A stretch of DNA of 64,000 nucleotides from an uncultured bacterium (GCA_963843795.1 CAWJLW010000006.1:1426001-1490000); one strand, 5' to 3'; shown: positions 9,270 through 19,489, counted from the stretch's first letter. The notes: generated by a model from the sequence alone, not told the origin. Numbers and translations: made by a program.

Positions 9270-10781
9270 TTAAAATTTTAACAACGGATTGCGCGCTTCG
9301 TAGGAGCGCAGTTGTTCAAAAGCGGACAGCTTTGCCGTGTTATTGCTGGCGCGCAGTTCTTTTTCCAGATACAGCGTGCGCGCGGCGCGCACCAGTCGCA
9401 ACAAACGCGCCTCACGAATTTCGGGATCGTCGTTGGCGCTTTGAGTGCGATAAGCGTGCAACGAATTCAATAATTTCTGCACTTGCGCGTCGCGTTTTTC
9501 CAATTCTACGAGCGCGTCGCTGCGAGCGCGAGTGTAGGTTGCGCTGTCATTTTTGGCGCGCAAACCGGGAAACTTATTTTGAAGCGCGGCGCGCAAATCT
9601 TCGCGCTGTTTAACCAAATTGGCGGGTAGCGGCGTGGTGCCGGGCACTTCGCTGTGCGCGAGATATTCCTGCCAGGCGCGCGCGATACGATCTTCTCCGC
9701 TCAGCTTCAACGAGGCCGAAAGCTCATCTAAAATGGCGCGTTGCCAGGGAGCTGCGCCTTTCAATGTTTGGCTGTAGGGAACTTGGAGCCAGAATTCGTT
9801 GTTGTTATCGGCGTTTTGGCGCAGCAGTGCATCGGAAGTCATAATCGGCACGTCGATGGAGTCTTCGTGAATCGTCGCGTGAGCGAAGGCTTCGTTCATG
9901 CCAACGCGGCCATCGCGATTGTAATCGGCGCTCTCGGCTTTTTCACCCAGGCGGGTCTGGCCTGAAAGCGCGGAAAAGAAGGCCGAAGTGAAATCTTCGT
10001 AATCGGCTTCGTTGATTTCCGGCGTGCAACCCGCTGCGGGACGTTCTTTGACCGTAGCGAAAAATCCGCAAAAATCGCGCTGCACGTAGGGTTTATTCGG
10101 ATCGCCATCCTGAAAAATCAGGTTGGCGAACGCGCCGGAAAAGCATTGCACCATCACCAGAACCACAGGCCGATTCGCGGGCAGTTTTTGCAGTTGATCG
10201 GCCATTTCGCGTACGCTGAGGGTGTTGTCGTTCCACAGATAATACACGTTGTTTTCCAAATCGGCGCGTCGCGAATCGGCTTCTTTGCCTCGTCCGCCGT
10301 GACCGGTGAAATACAGCAAATAGCGCGCGTCTGCGGGCGCGTTTGCGCCCAGAGTTTGGAACTGCGCGGCGATAGAAGTTTTACTGGACGGGCCTTCGAT
10401 GCGCGCCAATGAGGTTTTGCGGAAGTCGATGCTGCCTTTGGAAACGTCTTCGTTAAATAAAAAGGCAAACGCGGCGCTGTGGATACTGGGAACCGTTCCG
10501 TTGAGAAATTGCACGGTGGCCGAATTTTTCTGCCCGTCGGCAAATAAAATATTATGAGGCGTCTGCCCCAACAAGCGGCCGACGTATTTCACATTGCTTT
10601 CAATGGCATATTGGTTCATTTTTGGCTCTGGTCCGCCACCGATGAGCAACGCGCGTAACGCTGTGGTAGGTGGCGCGGCAGCGGTTTGGGCGGAACTGAG
10701 GGTGTTGGCGCTCATCAACAACGTGGCCGTAATCGCCGGTGTCCTAACCGCGCGAAAGTTGAATTTAGGTCGAGTTATCAT
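9270..10781 (-). CDS. Secreted clan CD (caspase/C13-like) cysteine peptidase domain protein
   Basis: Signal peptide; LYFTGHG and MVQCFSG His/Cys dyad motifs. Confidence 0.65.
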   Translation of the reverse strand: MITRPKFNFRAVRTPAITATLLMSANTLSSAQTAAAPPTTALRALLIGGGPEPKMNQYAIESNVKYVGRLLGQTPHNILFADGQKNSATVQFLNGTVPSIHSAAFAFLFNEDVSKGSIDFRKTSLARIEGPSSKTSIAAQFQTLGANAPADARYLLYFTGHGGRGKEADSRRADLENNVYYLWNDNTLSVREMADQLQKLPANRPVVLVMVQCFSGAFANLIFQDGDPNKPYVQRDFCGFFATVKERPAAGCTPEINEADYEDFTSAFFSALSGQTRLGEKAESADYNRDGRVGMNEAFAHATIHEDSIDVPIMTSDALLRQNADNNNEFWLQVPYSQTLKGAAPWQRAILDELSASLKLSGEDRIARAWQEYLAHSEVPGTTPLPANLVKQREDLRAALQNKFPGLRAKNDSATYTRARSDALVELEKRDAQVQKLLNSLHAYRTQSANDDPEIREARLLRLVRAARTLYLEKELRASNNTAKLSAFEQLRSYEARNPLLKF

Positions 10782-10932
10782 AATCAGAGCCGAGTATAAG
10801 AGTGTCGAAATACTGAAACCAGAACTGCTTCCAGGCAGAATAATGTCGAGGTTTGACGTTGGATGGATATTGGGGTCGCAAGTACTTGCACACGATTTCT
10901 GAGGTTTTTAAGTTTGAGGGAAAGAACGTTTT

Positions 10933-11694
10933 ATGAGTATGGGTTGGATGTCAGAGCCACATAACTGGCTGGCTTTTATTACATTGTTGGGATTAGAAAT
11001 TGTTCTCAATGTCGATAACATTATTCTGATTTCAATTTTATCGGCCAAGTTGCCGCCCGAACAGCAACAGCGAGCGCGCTACACCGGTTTGTTCCTGGCG
11101 ATGTTCATTCGCATCGGTCTGCTATGTTCGCTGGCCTGGCTCACGAAATTGACCGCGCCGCTATTCTCGATTCTTGGACACGGCTTCTCCGGTCGCGACT
11201 TGATTTTACTGCTGGGCGGTTTGTTTTTAATTGCCAAATCGACGCAAGAAATTCATCACAGTCTGGAAGGCTCATCAAGCGATAATCACGAAAAAGAAAC
11301 GCGCAAAGTGCCGACTTTCGTTGCGACCATTGCGCAAATTCTGTTGCTGGATATAGTATTTTCCCTAGATTCTGTCATTACCGCCATCGGCATGGCCAAC
11401 GACCTCGGCATCATGGTTTCGGCTGTCGTGATCTCGGTCGCATTTATGATGTTTTTTGCCAATTCGATCAGCAATTTCGTCGAAGCGCGCCCGACTGTGA
11501 AAATGCTCGCCATCAGTTTTCTTTTGATGATCGGCGTAGTGCTGGTCGCCGAAGGTTGGGGCCAGCACGTTTCCAAAGGCTACATTTATTTCGCGATGGG
11601 CTTCTCGCTTTTCGTTGAAATGTTGAACTTGAAAATTCGCGGCACAAGTGGCGAACCAGTGAAACTGCGCGAATCGTCGTTAAAAAATGATTAA
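10933..11694 (+). CDS. TerC family membrane protein
   Basis: LEIVLNVDN, LDIVFSLDSVITA, KGYIYFAMGFS. Confidence 0.92.
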   Translation: MSMGWMSEPHNWLAFITLLGLEIVLNVDNIILISILSAKLPPEQQQRARYTGLFLAMFIRIGLLCSLAWLTKLTAPLFSILGHGFSGRDLILLLGGLFLIAKSTQEIHHSLEGSSSDNHEKETRKVPTFVATIAQILLLDIVFSLDSVITAIGMANDLGIMVSAVVISVAFMMFFANSISNFVEARPTVKMLAISFLLMIGVVLVAEGWGQHVSKGYIYFAMGFSLFVEMLNLKIRGTSGEPVKLRESSLKND

Positions 11695-11747
11695 AAACAT
11701 CAAAAGCGCGCAGCAAGTACTTGCTGCGCGCTTTTGATGTTTTTAAT
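11690..11747. terminator. 58-bp perfect palindrome / probable bidirectional terminator
   Basis: ATTAAAAACATCAAAAGCGCGCA-GCAAGTACTTGC-TGCGCGCTTTTGATGTTTTTAAT spanning both stop codons of convergent genes. Confidence 0.85.
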
Positions 11748-12957
11748 TGAACGGCAAAGTGAGCGTTACAGGTTCCGCCGCCATCAAAGTTTCTTCGCGA
11801 TTAATGGTGACATCGAGCGCCAAATCTGGCGCGGCGGCGAATTCGAACGGTGCTTGATTGCGCAGCGCACAAGAGAGAGCGTGCCACAATTCCAATACGG
11901 CGCTCGCTCGGTTCAGTGTGCTGCCGTCGTGACGCGGGGCCTGAGTTTCGTTGCGCGCCCACAGCGCGAAAAAGGCATTAAGTTCTTCGGATAAACCCAG
12001 AATTTGTGCGTTGAAAAGGCGCGCGGTTGCGCCGGGTGGAGAAATTGTGCGCGTAGCTTCGCGCGGCTCAAAAATTTGCACTTCCCGTCCGCCGCGACAC
12101 AGCAACGAACGACCTTGCGAGCCACAAATTTCCAGACGCGGCAAATCGGCGTTCCAATCATCAGCGCTATTAAGCAGAATAGTCGCGCTACTGCCATCGC
12201 GGTTTTCGATCCACACGTTGCTTACGCCGTCGCAAGTACTTGCCGCTATGCGACGCACTACAGACGCCAGATTGTCGTGCGCACCATGCGCGACATCGCG
12301 CCCTAAATCGGGTGCGAGAAACGTGAGTACCAGTTCGAGCGCGGCATAAATCGCGGCGACATCGTGCGAATTTTCGGACGGCATTGAATGAGGCCAACGC
12401 AAAGCCAGAGCGCGCAGCGGACCGATTTCTCCACTCGCATGCAAGCGTCGCGCGGCGCGATGAGCAAGCATCTGGCTGGCGGGGCGCGCACACCAAATCA
12501 CGCGCGCGGCGTGTAATTTGGCGGCTTCGCGGGCGCGCTGAAAATTGGTTGCGGGCGGCCCGGCGAGCCAAATCCAACGTGCGCAATTTTCTAATTTGCG
12601 CGCGCCCAAGTCGGACAGCAATCGTTCCGTGCGCGCGGGCGATGTCGCGACAATTAACGCATCAACGCCAATAATGCCCGACGCCATTTCGCTGCACAAC
12701 GTCGTCCAATCGCAGATGCGCGGGATACGCATCGCGCGCGCCACGCGTTCTAAACGCGGCGCATTATCATCGCATAGTGCGACGATTTCGGGGCGCGCGG
12801 GCACTTGGTAAGCGATGTCGATTTGCGCGTTGGGACGACGCAGCCACCACGCCCCTTCATCGGGCGCGCTTAGCGCCGAAGGCGTCGAAAGAAATGGCAA
12901 TATCACGTTTTCGCTGAGGGTTCCACTGCCGATTACGGCCACGCGCATTCGTCGCAC
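11743..12957 (-). CDS. Divergent Gfo/Idh/MocA-like oxidoreductase
   Basis: RVAVIGSG, EIVALCD, DALIVATS, GEIGPLR, LEICGSQG; the EKP motif is replaced by GPP. Confidence 0.6.
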   Translation of the reverse strand: MRRMRVAVIGSGTLSENVILPFLSTPSALSAPDEGAWWLRRPNAQIDIAYQVPARPEIVALCDDNAPRLERVARAMRIPRICDWTTLCSEMASGIIGVDALIVATSPARTERLLSDLGARKLENCARWIWLAGPPATNFQRAREAAKLHAARVIWCARPASQMLAHRAARRLHASGEIGPLRALALRWPHSMPSENSHDVAAIYAALELVLTFLAPDLGRDVAHGAHDNLASVVRRIAASTCDGVSNVWIENRDGSSATILLNSADDWNADLPRLEICGSQGRSLLCRGGREVQIFEPREATRTISPPGATARLFNAQILGLSEELNAFFALWARNETQAPRHDGSTLNRASAVLELWHALSCALRNQAPFEFAAAPDLALDVTINREETLMAAEPVTLTLPFN

Positions 12958-13206
12958 AATTCATTCTCCTTGGATTATCTTGGGGTCTATTGCAAGTACT
13001 TACAGCGAACCAAAATTCAGAAGCGTTCGAATGACGCTTAGCTACTAACGGCCTTGAGTTTGCAAGTGTAACTGCGAACTTTGTTCCGCTCTTTGAGCCT
13101 ACAATGAACTTTTTTACACCGCGAAACGTTCAGCGAATTAAGCGATTTATACGCGGCCATGAGTCTAATGGCTGGCGTAACTATTTAATTGTCTATGGGA
13201 AATTTT

Positions 13207-15600
13207 ATGAAACCTCTTATTACCAGTCGAAATCGATTTATTTCTGTCAAAGCCGCAGCTTGTGCCTTAGTTTTGAGCGGTGCGGTTTTCTTACCTTCTC
13301 AAACCGCACACGCACAAGACATTGGTGTGCAACTGAACGGTAGTTCGGTGAATTTCTCCGAAGCCGCGCCGGTGAACATCAGCGGAAGTGTTCTGGTGCC
13401 GATGCGCGGCGTATTTGAAGCGATGAACGCCAGTGTGCGTTATCAAGCGGCGACGCGCACAATTGTCGCCGGGCGCGGCAACCGCGAAATTCAGCTCAGC
13501 ATCGGTTCGGCCACGGCTTATGTCAACGGCTCGCCAATCAGTCTCAGTCAACCGGCGCGCGTTATCAATGGCAGCACCTTCGTTCCGCTGCGCTTTGTAG
13601 CCGACGCTCTGGGCGCCAGCGTGCGTTGGGAAAGCGCTACCAAAACCGTTATTATCAATGATGATACATTGCAGAGCGGTGGCAACACGGGTGGTTCGAT
13701 GACGCCGCCTGGCACGGGAACCATTCCAACGACTGGCATCGGGACAAATCCTAACCCAGGCAACATTTCAACACCTCCCACAACAAGTGTCCCCGCCACT
13801 GGCACCACTTCTGCCGAAGGCATTACGGCTGTTTTCGAGCGCGTTGATACGGCTCCGCCAGCCTCAATGGTTTTAACCGTCAACGGACAAAACAAGCGTT
13901 ACGACATGGCGGCGAACGTCGATGTCTATAGCCAAGTCGGCAATGGGACGACCTTCGGTGCGCTGGTTCCAATTGATCCTTCCAACTTGCGTCCCGGCGA
14001 AGATGTGCAAGTTGTGCTTAATGAAGGCATGATTACGCGTGTGACGGCCAAGCGCGTGGTGCGCGCTGGTCGCGTTTTGAGTAGTACAGGCAACCGCATT
14101 GTGCTGACTGATGGTACGCAACTGAATATCGGCCCGCGCTTGCGCTACACCAATCCGCAAGGCGACAATGCGACCGAAGCCACTCTGCCTGCTAATTCAA
14201 ACGTTGCGCTTTTTGTGCGACAGAATACGGGCGCAATCTACGGAGTTTCGGCTACGCCCGCTGATGTGGCCGCCGCGACCAATTTCGGCGTCAGCGGCAC
14301 AACGGGAACCACCAATAACAACACCGGGACCAGTTCGATTGGTAATCCGGGCGCGGCCACGATGGGCGCGATTACCATGGTGAAGCACAGCGCTGCCGCT
14401 CCGCTTTCCTCTGGCGGCGTGATTAACGTTGAGGTGCGTGGCACTCCTAATTTGACCGGCACTTTCGACCTTTCTTCGCGCTTGCGCAGCTTCCCTTTGG
14501 CTGAAAACCCGGCGGGTGTTTATCGCGGCACTTACACTGTGAGAACCGGTGATGACGTTCTGAACAGCTTTGTCACTGCGCGTTTGGTGGGTACGGCCAA
14601 CGGTGCTAATGTAGATGAAACTCAGCAAAGCGAAGCGCCGCTGACGATTGATACTGTTGCACCGCGCATTGTTTCGATTGAACCAGCCAATAATTCAACA
14701 GTTGGCGAAACGCGCCCGACAATTATCGTGACGGTCGATGATGTTGGCGGCAGCGGTTTGGCCAAGGCTCGTTATGAATTAACCGATGCCGCTGGCAAGC
14801 GTCCGATTGCGCCGATGACGGTCGTGCCACCCAATCGGGCTACAGTCGTGGTCGAGCCGCTCACGGGCCGAGTCTCCGGTCGCGTTGGCGTTTCGGATGC
14901 AGCGGGCAACGAGCGTTTGGAAAACTTCACGTTCACAGTGCAGCCACGTTTGGGGGCGATCACTTCGGTGACGCAAGACTCAACGCGTCCGCTGCGTTTG
15001 AACGACATTATCACGGTCGATGTCCAGGCTCAGCCCGGTGGCCGTGCGACCTTTGATTTGGTGTCACCAAACAACCAAGTGGTCGCTAATAACGTTCCGA
15101 TGACCGAGATTAATGGCACCGGTCGCTATCGCGGCACCTACAACTTCAATGTGCTGCCCAACGCCGATCAGGTGCGTGTGCGCGCTCGTTTTGATAATTT
15201 GAACGGAGTTGTTGATACGCTGGAAGCGCAAACTCCGGTGATGCTGGCCAATGTGGCGACGACCAACCAAGCGTTTTCGATTCGCGAGCCGGCACAAAAC
15301 GCGGTTGCGGGTAACACGGTCACGGTGAGTGGGCGCGGCACTCCGCGCGCGCTAGTTGACGTTACAGTGACAGCGCAGGGCGTGCGCACCCTGTTCGGCA
15401 TTATCGGCTATCAGCAGTTCAGCCAGGCCGTCGATACCAAGCAGGTGCAAGTCGATGCCAACGGCAACTGGGTCACACCAGCGATTACGCTGACCGCGCC
15501 GCGCGGAATTGCGCAGTTGCGCTATGAAATCAGCGCCGTGCAGACCGATATCGGCAACCAGAAATCTCAGCCGCAGACCGTTACGTTGACCACTCAATAA
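13207..15600 (+). CDS. Secreted protein with copper amine oxidase N-terminal (stalk) domain and repeated Ig-like modules
   Basis: Signal peptide (AHA); VLVPMRGVFEAMNA and TFVPLRFVADALGASVRW; two ITxVx...G.ATFDL...GxYRGTY modules. Confidence 0.85.
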   Translation: MKPLITSRNRFISVKAAACALVLSGAVFLPSQTAHAQDIGVQLNGSSVNFSEAAPVNISGSVLVPMRGVFEAMNASVRYQAATRTIVAGRGNREIQLSIGSATAYVNGSPISLSQPARVINGSTFVPLRFVADALGASVRWESATKTVIINDDTLQSGGNTGGSMTPPGTGTIPTTGIGTNPNPGNISTPPTTSVPATGTTSAEGITAVFERVDTAPPASMVLTVNGQNKRYDMAANVDVYSQVGNGTTFGALVPIDPSNLRPGEDVQVVLNEGMITRVTAKRVVRAGRVLSSTGNRIVLTDGTQLNIGPRLRYTNPQGDNATEATLPANSNVALFVRQNTGAIYGVSATPADVAAATNFGVSGTTGTTNNNTGTSSIGNPGAATMGAITMVKHSAAAPLSSGGVINVEVRGTPNLTGTFDLSSRLRSFPLAENPAGVYRGTYTVRTGDDVLNSFVTARLVGTANGANVDETQQSEAPLTIDTVAPRIVSIEPANNSTVGETRPTIIVTVDDVGGSGLAKARYELTDAAGKRPIAPMTVVPPNRATVVVEPLTGRVSGRVGVSDAAGNERLENFTFTVQPRLGAITSVTQDSTRPLRLNDIITVDVQAQPGGRATFDLVSPNNQVVANNVPMTEINGTGRYRGTYNFNVLPNADQVRVRARFDNLNGVVDTLEAQTPVMLANVATTNQAFSIREPAQNAVAGNTVTVSGRGTPRALVDVTVTAQGVRTLFGIIGYQQFSQAVDTKQVQVDANGNWVTPAITLTAPRGIAQLRYEISAVQTDIGNQKSQPQTVTLTTQ

Positions 15601-15656
15601 CTTCTTATTGTAAGTTTTGTATCTGCTTGAGCATTTCACACTAAGCAGTTGTTCAT

Positions 15657-15692
15657 ACAGCCGTCTGCAAGTACTTGCAGATGGCTGTTTTT
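15657..15692 (+). terminator. Intrinsic terminator built on the core palindrome
   Basis: ACAGCCGTC-TGCAAGTACTTGCA-GATGGCTGT then TTTT, 56 bp after the stop; one G-U pair. Confidence 0.7.
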
Positions 15693-15862
15693 GTTCTATC
15701 GTATTTCGATTCGCGAAGCTGGAAACTTTCCTGCAGTTACCTGCGGAAGAATTTTGATGTTTTTGGCTTGCGTTGTCTGAGTGCGTTAAAGTACTTGGTT
15801 ATAAATTACTACAGTGCTGTTGGATAGAAAAATTGTCTTGTCAATGAAAGAAGGAGTTCTCA

Positions 15863-17257
15863 GTGGAAGAAGCAACGACGCCACAAACCGGAAATAATCG
15901 TCCAGTAAACGAAGGACTTCCTGCAAACAATGGCCTCATCGCGCGTTGGCACAACACGCCGCTTTATCTTCGCATTCTCGGCGCTCTGATTCTGGGCGTT
16001 CTGGCGGGCGTGTTGCTGGGAGAAAGCGCTGCGCCGCTCGCCATTCCCAGCAAACTCATTCTGCGCTTGTTGGGCGCGTTGGCTCCGGCCTTGATTTTGG
16101 TCGCCGTCGTTCACGCTTTGATGACAGCGCAGCTGAAAGGTCGCATGGCGTCGCGTTTGGTCGGGCTTTTGATTCTCAACACTCTGGTGGCGATTTGCAT
16201 TGGTTTAGTTGTTGCTAACATCATACAACCGGGTCGTTTCGCCAAACTTCCGGCGCCTTCGACGAATGAAACCACGATCAAGGGCAGCGATGAATTGGGG
16301 CCACGCATCGCGCAGTTTTTACAGGAAAACGGTTACAAACCTGTGCCCGAAAAGCCCGATTTTCTGACCCAGTTTTTGGAGAATGTGCCCAGTAGTTTGC
16401 TGGGGCCGCTGGGCGATAATGGCAAAGTGATCGGCGTAATCTTCATCGCGATCGCCATAGGTATCGCTCTGAGACGCTTTCGTGAAACCGAAATTCGCAC
16501 CGTCGAGCAAGGTGTTGAACTTACGCTCAATGTGCTAATTACAATTTTGCACTGGATCATCGACTTGGTGCCGTTCGGCGTTTTCGGTATCGTGGCATCC
16601 ATCATTGGCAACCATGGTTTCGCTCCATTTGCAGCGCTGGGAGCGTTTGTGGGCGCAGTGATTTTAGCGCTTTTACTTCAAGCGACCTACTATTTAGTGC
16701 GTATTCGCTTGGGTTCGTGGGTCACTCCCAAACATTTACTTGTCAACACCCGTGACGCTTTGGTGATGGCGTTTTCGACTGCATCCTCGACCGCGACAAT
16801 GCCCGTTACCTACGAACTGTTGAAAAACCGCGTCGGTTTGCGCGAACGTTCTTCAAGTTTGGGCGCGTTGGTCGGTGCCAATTTCAATAACGACGGCACC
16901 GCTTTGTATGAAGCGATGTCAGCGCTTTTTATCGCCCAAATGCTCGGACAACACTTGACTCTACCGCAACAATTTCTGGTCGTCGTCACTTCGGTCGTGG
17001 CTTCTGTTGGCGCGGCGGGGATTCCCGAAGCCGGTCTGGTGACGATGACTTTGGTATTTAGCGCTGTGGGTTTGCCGCCTCAATACATCGCGATTTTGCT
17101 GACCGTTGATTGGTTTCTCGACCGCTGCCGCACCGCGATTAACGTGATGGGCGACATGAACATTTCCTGCCTGCTGGATGGCAAGGAACGCGAAACGCCT
17201 GCCGAACGAGCCGCTGCCGAACACGCCGCAACAACCGAAAGCATGGTGGCCGCTTAG
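15863..17257 (+). CDS. Dicarboxylate/amino acid:cation symporter (DAACS, GltP-like)
   Basis: AFSTASSTATMP, GANFNNDGTALY, VGAAGIPEAG, VDWFLDRCRTAINV; GTG start after AAGGAG. Confidence 0.92.
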   Translation: MEEATTPQTGNNRPVNEGLPANNGLIARWHNTPLYLRILGALILGVLAGVLLGESAAPLAIPSKLILRLLGALAPALILVAVVHALMTAQLKGRMASRLVGLLILNTLVAICIGLVVANIIQPGRFAKLPAPSTNETTIKGSDELGPRIAQFLQENGYKPVPEKPDFLTQFLENVPSSLLGPLGDNGKVIGVIFIAIAIGIALRRFRETEIRTVEQGVELTLNVLITILHWIIDLVPFGVFGIVASIIGNHGFAPFAALGAFVGAVILALLLQATYYLVRIRLGSWVTPKHLLVNTRDALVMAFSTASSTATMPVTYELLKNRVGLRERSSSLGALVGANFNNDGTALYEAMSALFIAQMLGQHLTLPQQFLVVVTSVVASVGAAGIPEAGLVTMTLVFSAVGLPPQYIAILLTVDWFLDRCRTAINVMGDMNISCLLDGKERETPAERAAAEHAATTESMVAA

Positions 17258-17323
17258 ACATTTTTCGCAGAATGCGAATTAAAAACCTCAGCAAAATTGT
17301 CGACGTTTTTAAAGGTTTGGAAT

Positions 17324-17831
17324 TCAACTTCCGTTCTCGCGGCACCAGTGCAATAGCGATTCAATTTCAATCAACTGCACGCGCTTCAACCACTCCGCAT
17401 CGCCTGTTTGACACTCATCGACAAACTCTTCGGGCAGCCATGATTTTTGAGCATCCATTTTGGCTAAAAACTGCTGTGCAGCAGTGTCGTTTTCCTGTTG
17501 CAAGTACGTGCGCGTGTTCTGATAAACCGAATCAAAAGCCGCATGATCTCCTGTCCGTCGCCACCAATATTTTGAATTGCTCGCATCGCCCTCGCGCCGG
17601 TGCATAATCGCGTGCCAGAACGCCGCAGTTTCATCCGGCCTGTTTTGCACGATTTCATGTGCGCCGTCCAAATCGTCGTTGAGCATCAGTAATCCGCAGC
17701 GCTCGAAATCACTCAAAGTGGCAGCTGCGATTTGCGCCGAAAGTTGGCGCATCGAAAACCTGCTTGGGAAACAACGGCGGCAAGGGCTGACGCCCGGAAA
17801 GTTGATCGTGCAGCGATTGAAAATTGTTCAT
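17324..17831 (-). pseudogene. Conserved hypothetical protein with apparent +1 frameshift near 17747
   Basis: MNNFQ...[11 protein letters not shown] joins QLSAQIAAA...[13 protein letters not shown]...[11 protein letters not shown]...SKYWWRRTG if one C is removed from gcgcca; may be an assembly error. Confidence 0.6.
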
Positions 17832-18003
17832 AGCGAAGTTGTGACACAAACACAAAGCGCGCTGCAAGTAATCTGCAGCGCAGATTTCGAGGTAGTCAAC
17901 CCTGCTATTGATAATAAAAATAGGCGCGACAGAAACAATTGCGAAACAATTGGCAATTAAGATTATTGTCAGTTGATATATCAAAAATTGACGAGGAGAA
18001 ACG

Positions 18004-18864
18004 ATGAAAAAAGTTGGATCGCAACGAGAATGGCTTCAGAAAGTTCCGGCGCTGAGTGTGTTGGCTTTTGTGCCGCTGAACTGTGCGGTTGCAAGCCGCG
18101 CTGATGAAGCCAAGCCACCGGTCGCGCCGCCCGCACCACCGGCCACCATCACCAAAGCTGAAATTGAAGCGATGGAAATGATGATACCTCCGTTTGTGCC
18201 ACCAATTTCTGACAAGCGGCAGAAAACGGCGCAGCAGCATTTGGATTTGTCGATGGTGGAGATGATCGCGCAATCTCCGATTTCGATTGATGTGCAAGAT
18301 GTTTCTTTGGAGGAACTGGTCGAAGCCATCGAGAAAGCCGCGAAGAAGCCAATCAAGCCCAAAGTCATCGACATTCGCACCGACGAACCGGTGATGGTTT
18401 CGCTCAAAGTCGAGGAAATGGCGCTGGGCAAAGTGATGAGCGCAGCGGCAGCGTTGGCGGGTTGCCACTTGTATCTGCTGCCCGACCGCTTTGTGATTGG
18501 AGCTTACACTTCGTTGAGCGAAGAAGAAAAGTTCGTGGGCGAGCGATACTCGCGCGATGTGGCTTCTTACGGCAAAGATCGTAGCCGGCTTTTCGCCAGC
18601 GAAATCATGAAAAACCATCACGATGGCAACAATGGCGATAAAACGCGTTTGAAGTTGACCGACTTATCGAAGTCGGAACAGCAAATGGTGCAATGGATGG
18701 CCGATGATCTCAGCCAAAAAACCAACAACGCACAGATCACGCTGCCGATTAGCACAGAAATTGTCATAGAAACTACCATGGAGGGATTCAACAATTTTCG
18801 TCTGAATTTGCAGTCCATCAATCGTGGAGTTGGTGGATACGATTGGTTCAACGTTAGACGTTAA
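18004..18864 (+). CDS. Hypothetical secreted protein, possible STN-like domain
   Basis: GAGGAG RBS, signal peptide, Pro-rich linker, ISIDVQDVSLEELVEAI...VSLKVEEMALGKVM. Confidence 0.65.
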   Translation: MKKVGSQREWLQKVPALSVLAFVPLNCAVASRADEAKPPVAPPAPPATITKAEIEAMEMMIPPFVPPISDKRQKTAQQHLDLSMVEMIAQSPISIDVQDVSLEELVEAIEKAAKKPIKPKVIDIRTDEPVMVSLKVEEMALGKVMSAAAALAGCHLYLLPDRFVIGAYTSLSEEEKFVGERYSRDVASYGKDRSRLFASEIMKNHHDGNNGDKTRLKLTDLSKSEQQMVQWMADDLSQKTNNAQITLPISTEIVIETTMEGFNNFRLNLQSINRGVGGYDWFNVRR

Positions 18865-18915
18865 ATTGCCTCATGTCCAATTCATATAATTTGACGTTCG
18901 TAAAGGAGAAATTCA

Positions 18916-19392
18916 ATGAAAAGTTTGAAAATTGTCTTGCCGTTGTTTGTCGCATCTTGCGCAGTTCCTGACCTGTAGTTTGTCAGCAGAAGCTGCTCCC
19001 ACCGCACAAATAGGCACTCTTACGCCTGCCAATGATGCAATCGTGATTGCATCTCCGAATTATCAAGAGCGCTATACAGACGGGAACACTGACTGCAACA
19101 GGTACAGATTGTGAGTTCAAATAATATAACGATAATTCTCAATCCAGATGTTTCTGTGCCAGCTAGTTTTCCTTATACGTCTGCTGTTGTATCGGCTGGG
19201 ACAACTATGCCTTATGATGGGCCTGTTTATGCAATTCTTCCTGTAGCCGATGGCTACAGTGCCCAAGCGTTGCTGTATGGAAAAAACGCAGGGGGACCAG
19301 ACATTTCCTATTTGTTGGACAATAAAACCCACGCGTTTCACGTGCGAATGGGGCAATCCGATGATGGCCCCGGCGGCGGTGGCGAACTCTGA
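18916..19392 (+). pseudogene. Small secreted hypothetical protein split by frameshifts (lower GC)
   Basis: AAGGAG RBS; MKSLKIVLPLFVASCAV then a shift to LTCSLSAEAAP (signal peptide) then a shift to VSSNNITIILNP...GGGGEL*. Confidence 0.5.
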
Positions 19393-19414
19393 CGAAGCTG
19401 GTTGTGCAACCTTT

Positions 19415-19453
19415 CAAAGTGCGGTGCGAACTGTTCGCACCGCACTTTGTTTT
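19415..19453 (+). terminator. Intrinsic terminator
   Basis: 16-bp stem CAAAGTGCGGTGCGAA-ctg-TTCGCACCGCACTTTG followed by TTTT. Confidence 0.75.
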
Positions 19454-19459
19454 GAAACC

Positions 19460-19489
19460 AAGCGCGCTGCAAGTACTTGCAGCGCGCTT
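19460..19489. repeat. 30-bp perfect palindrome around core
   Basis: AAGCGCGC-TGCAAGTACTTGCA-GCGCGCTT. Confidence 0.95.

Noticed and set aside
19417..19447. Pasteurellaceae uptake sequence AAGTGCGGT in inverted pair
   Set aside because: Only one such hairpin was noticed, and its second copy follows from stem complementarity. It is best explained as a chance terminator stem.
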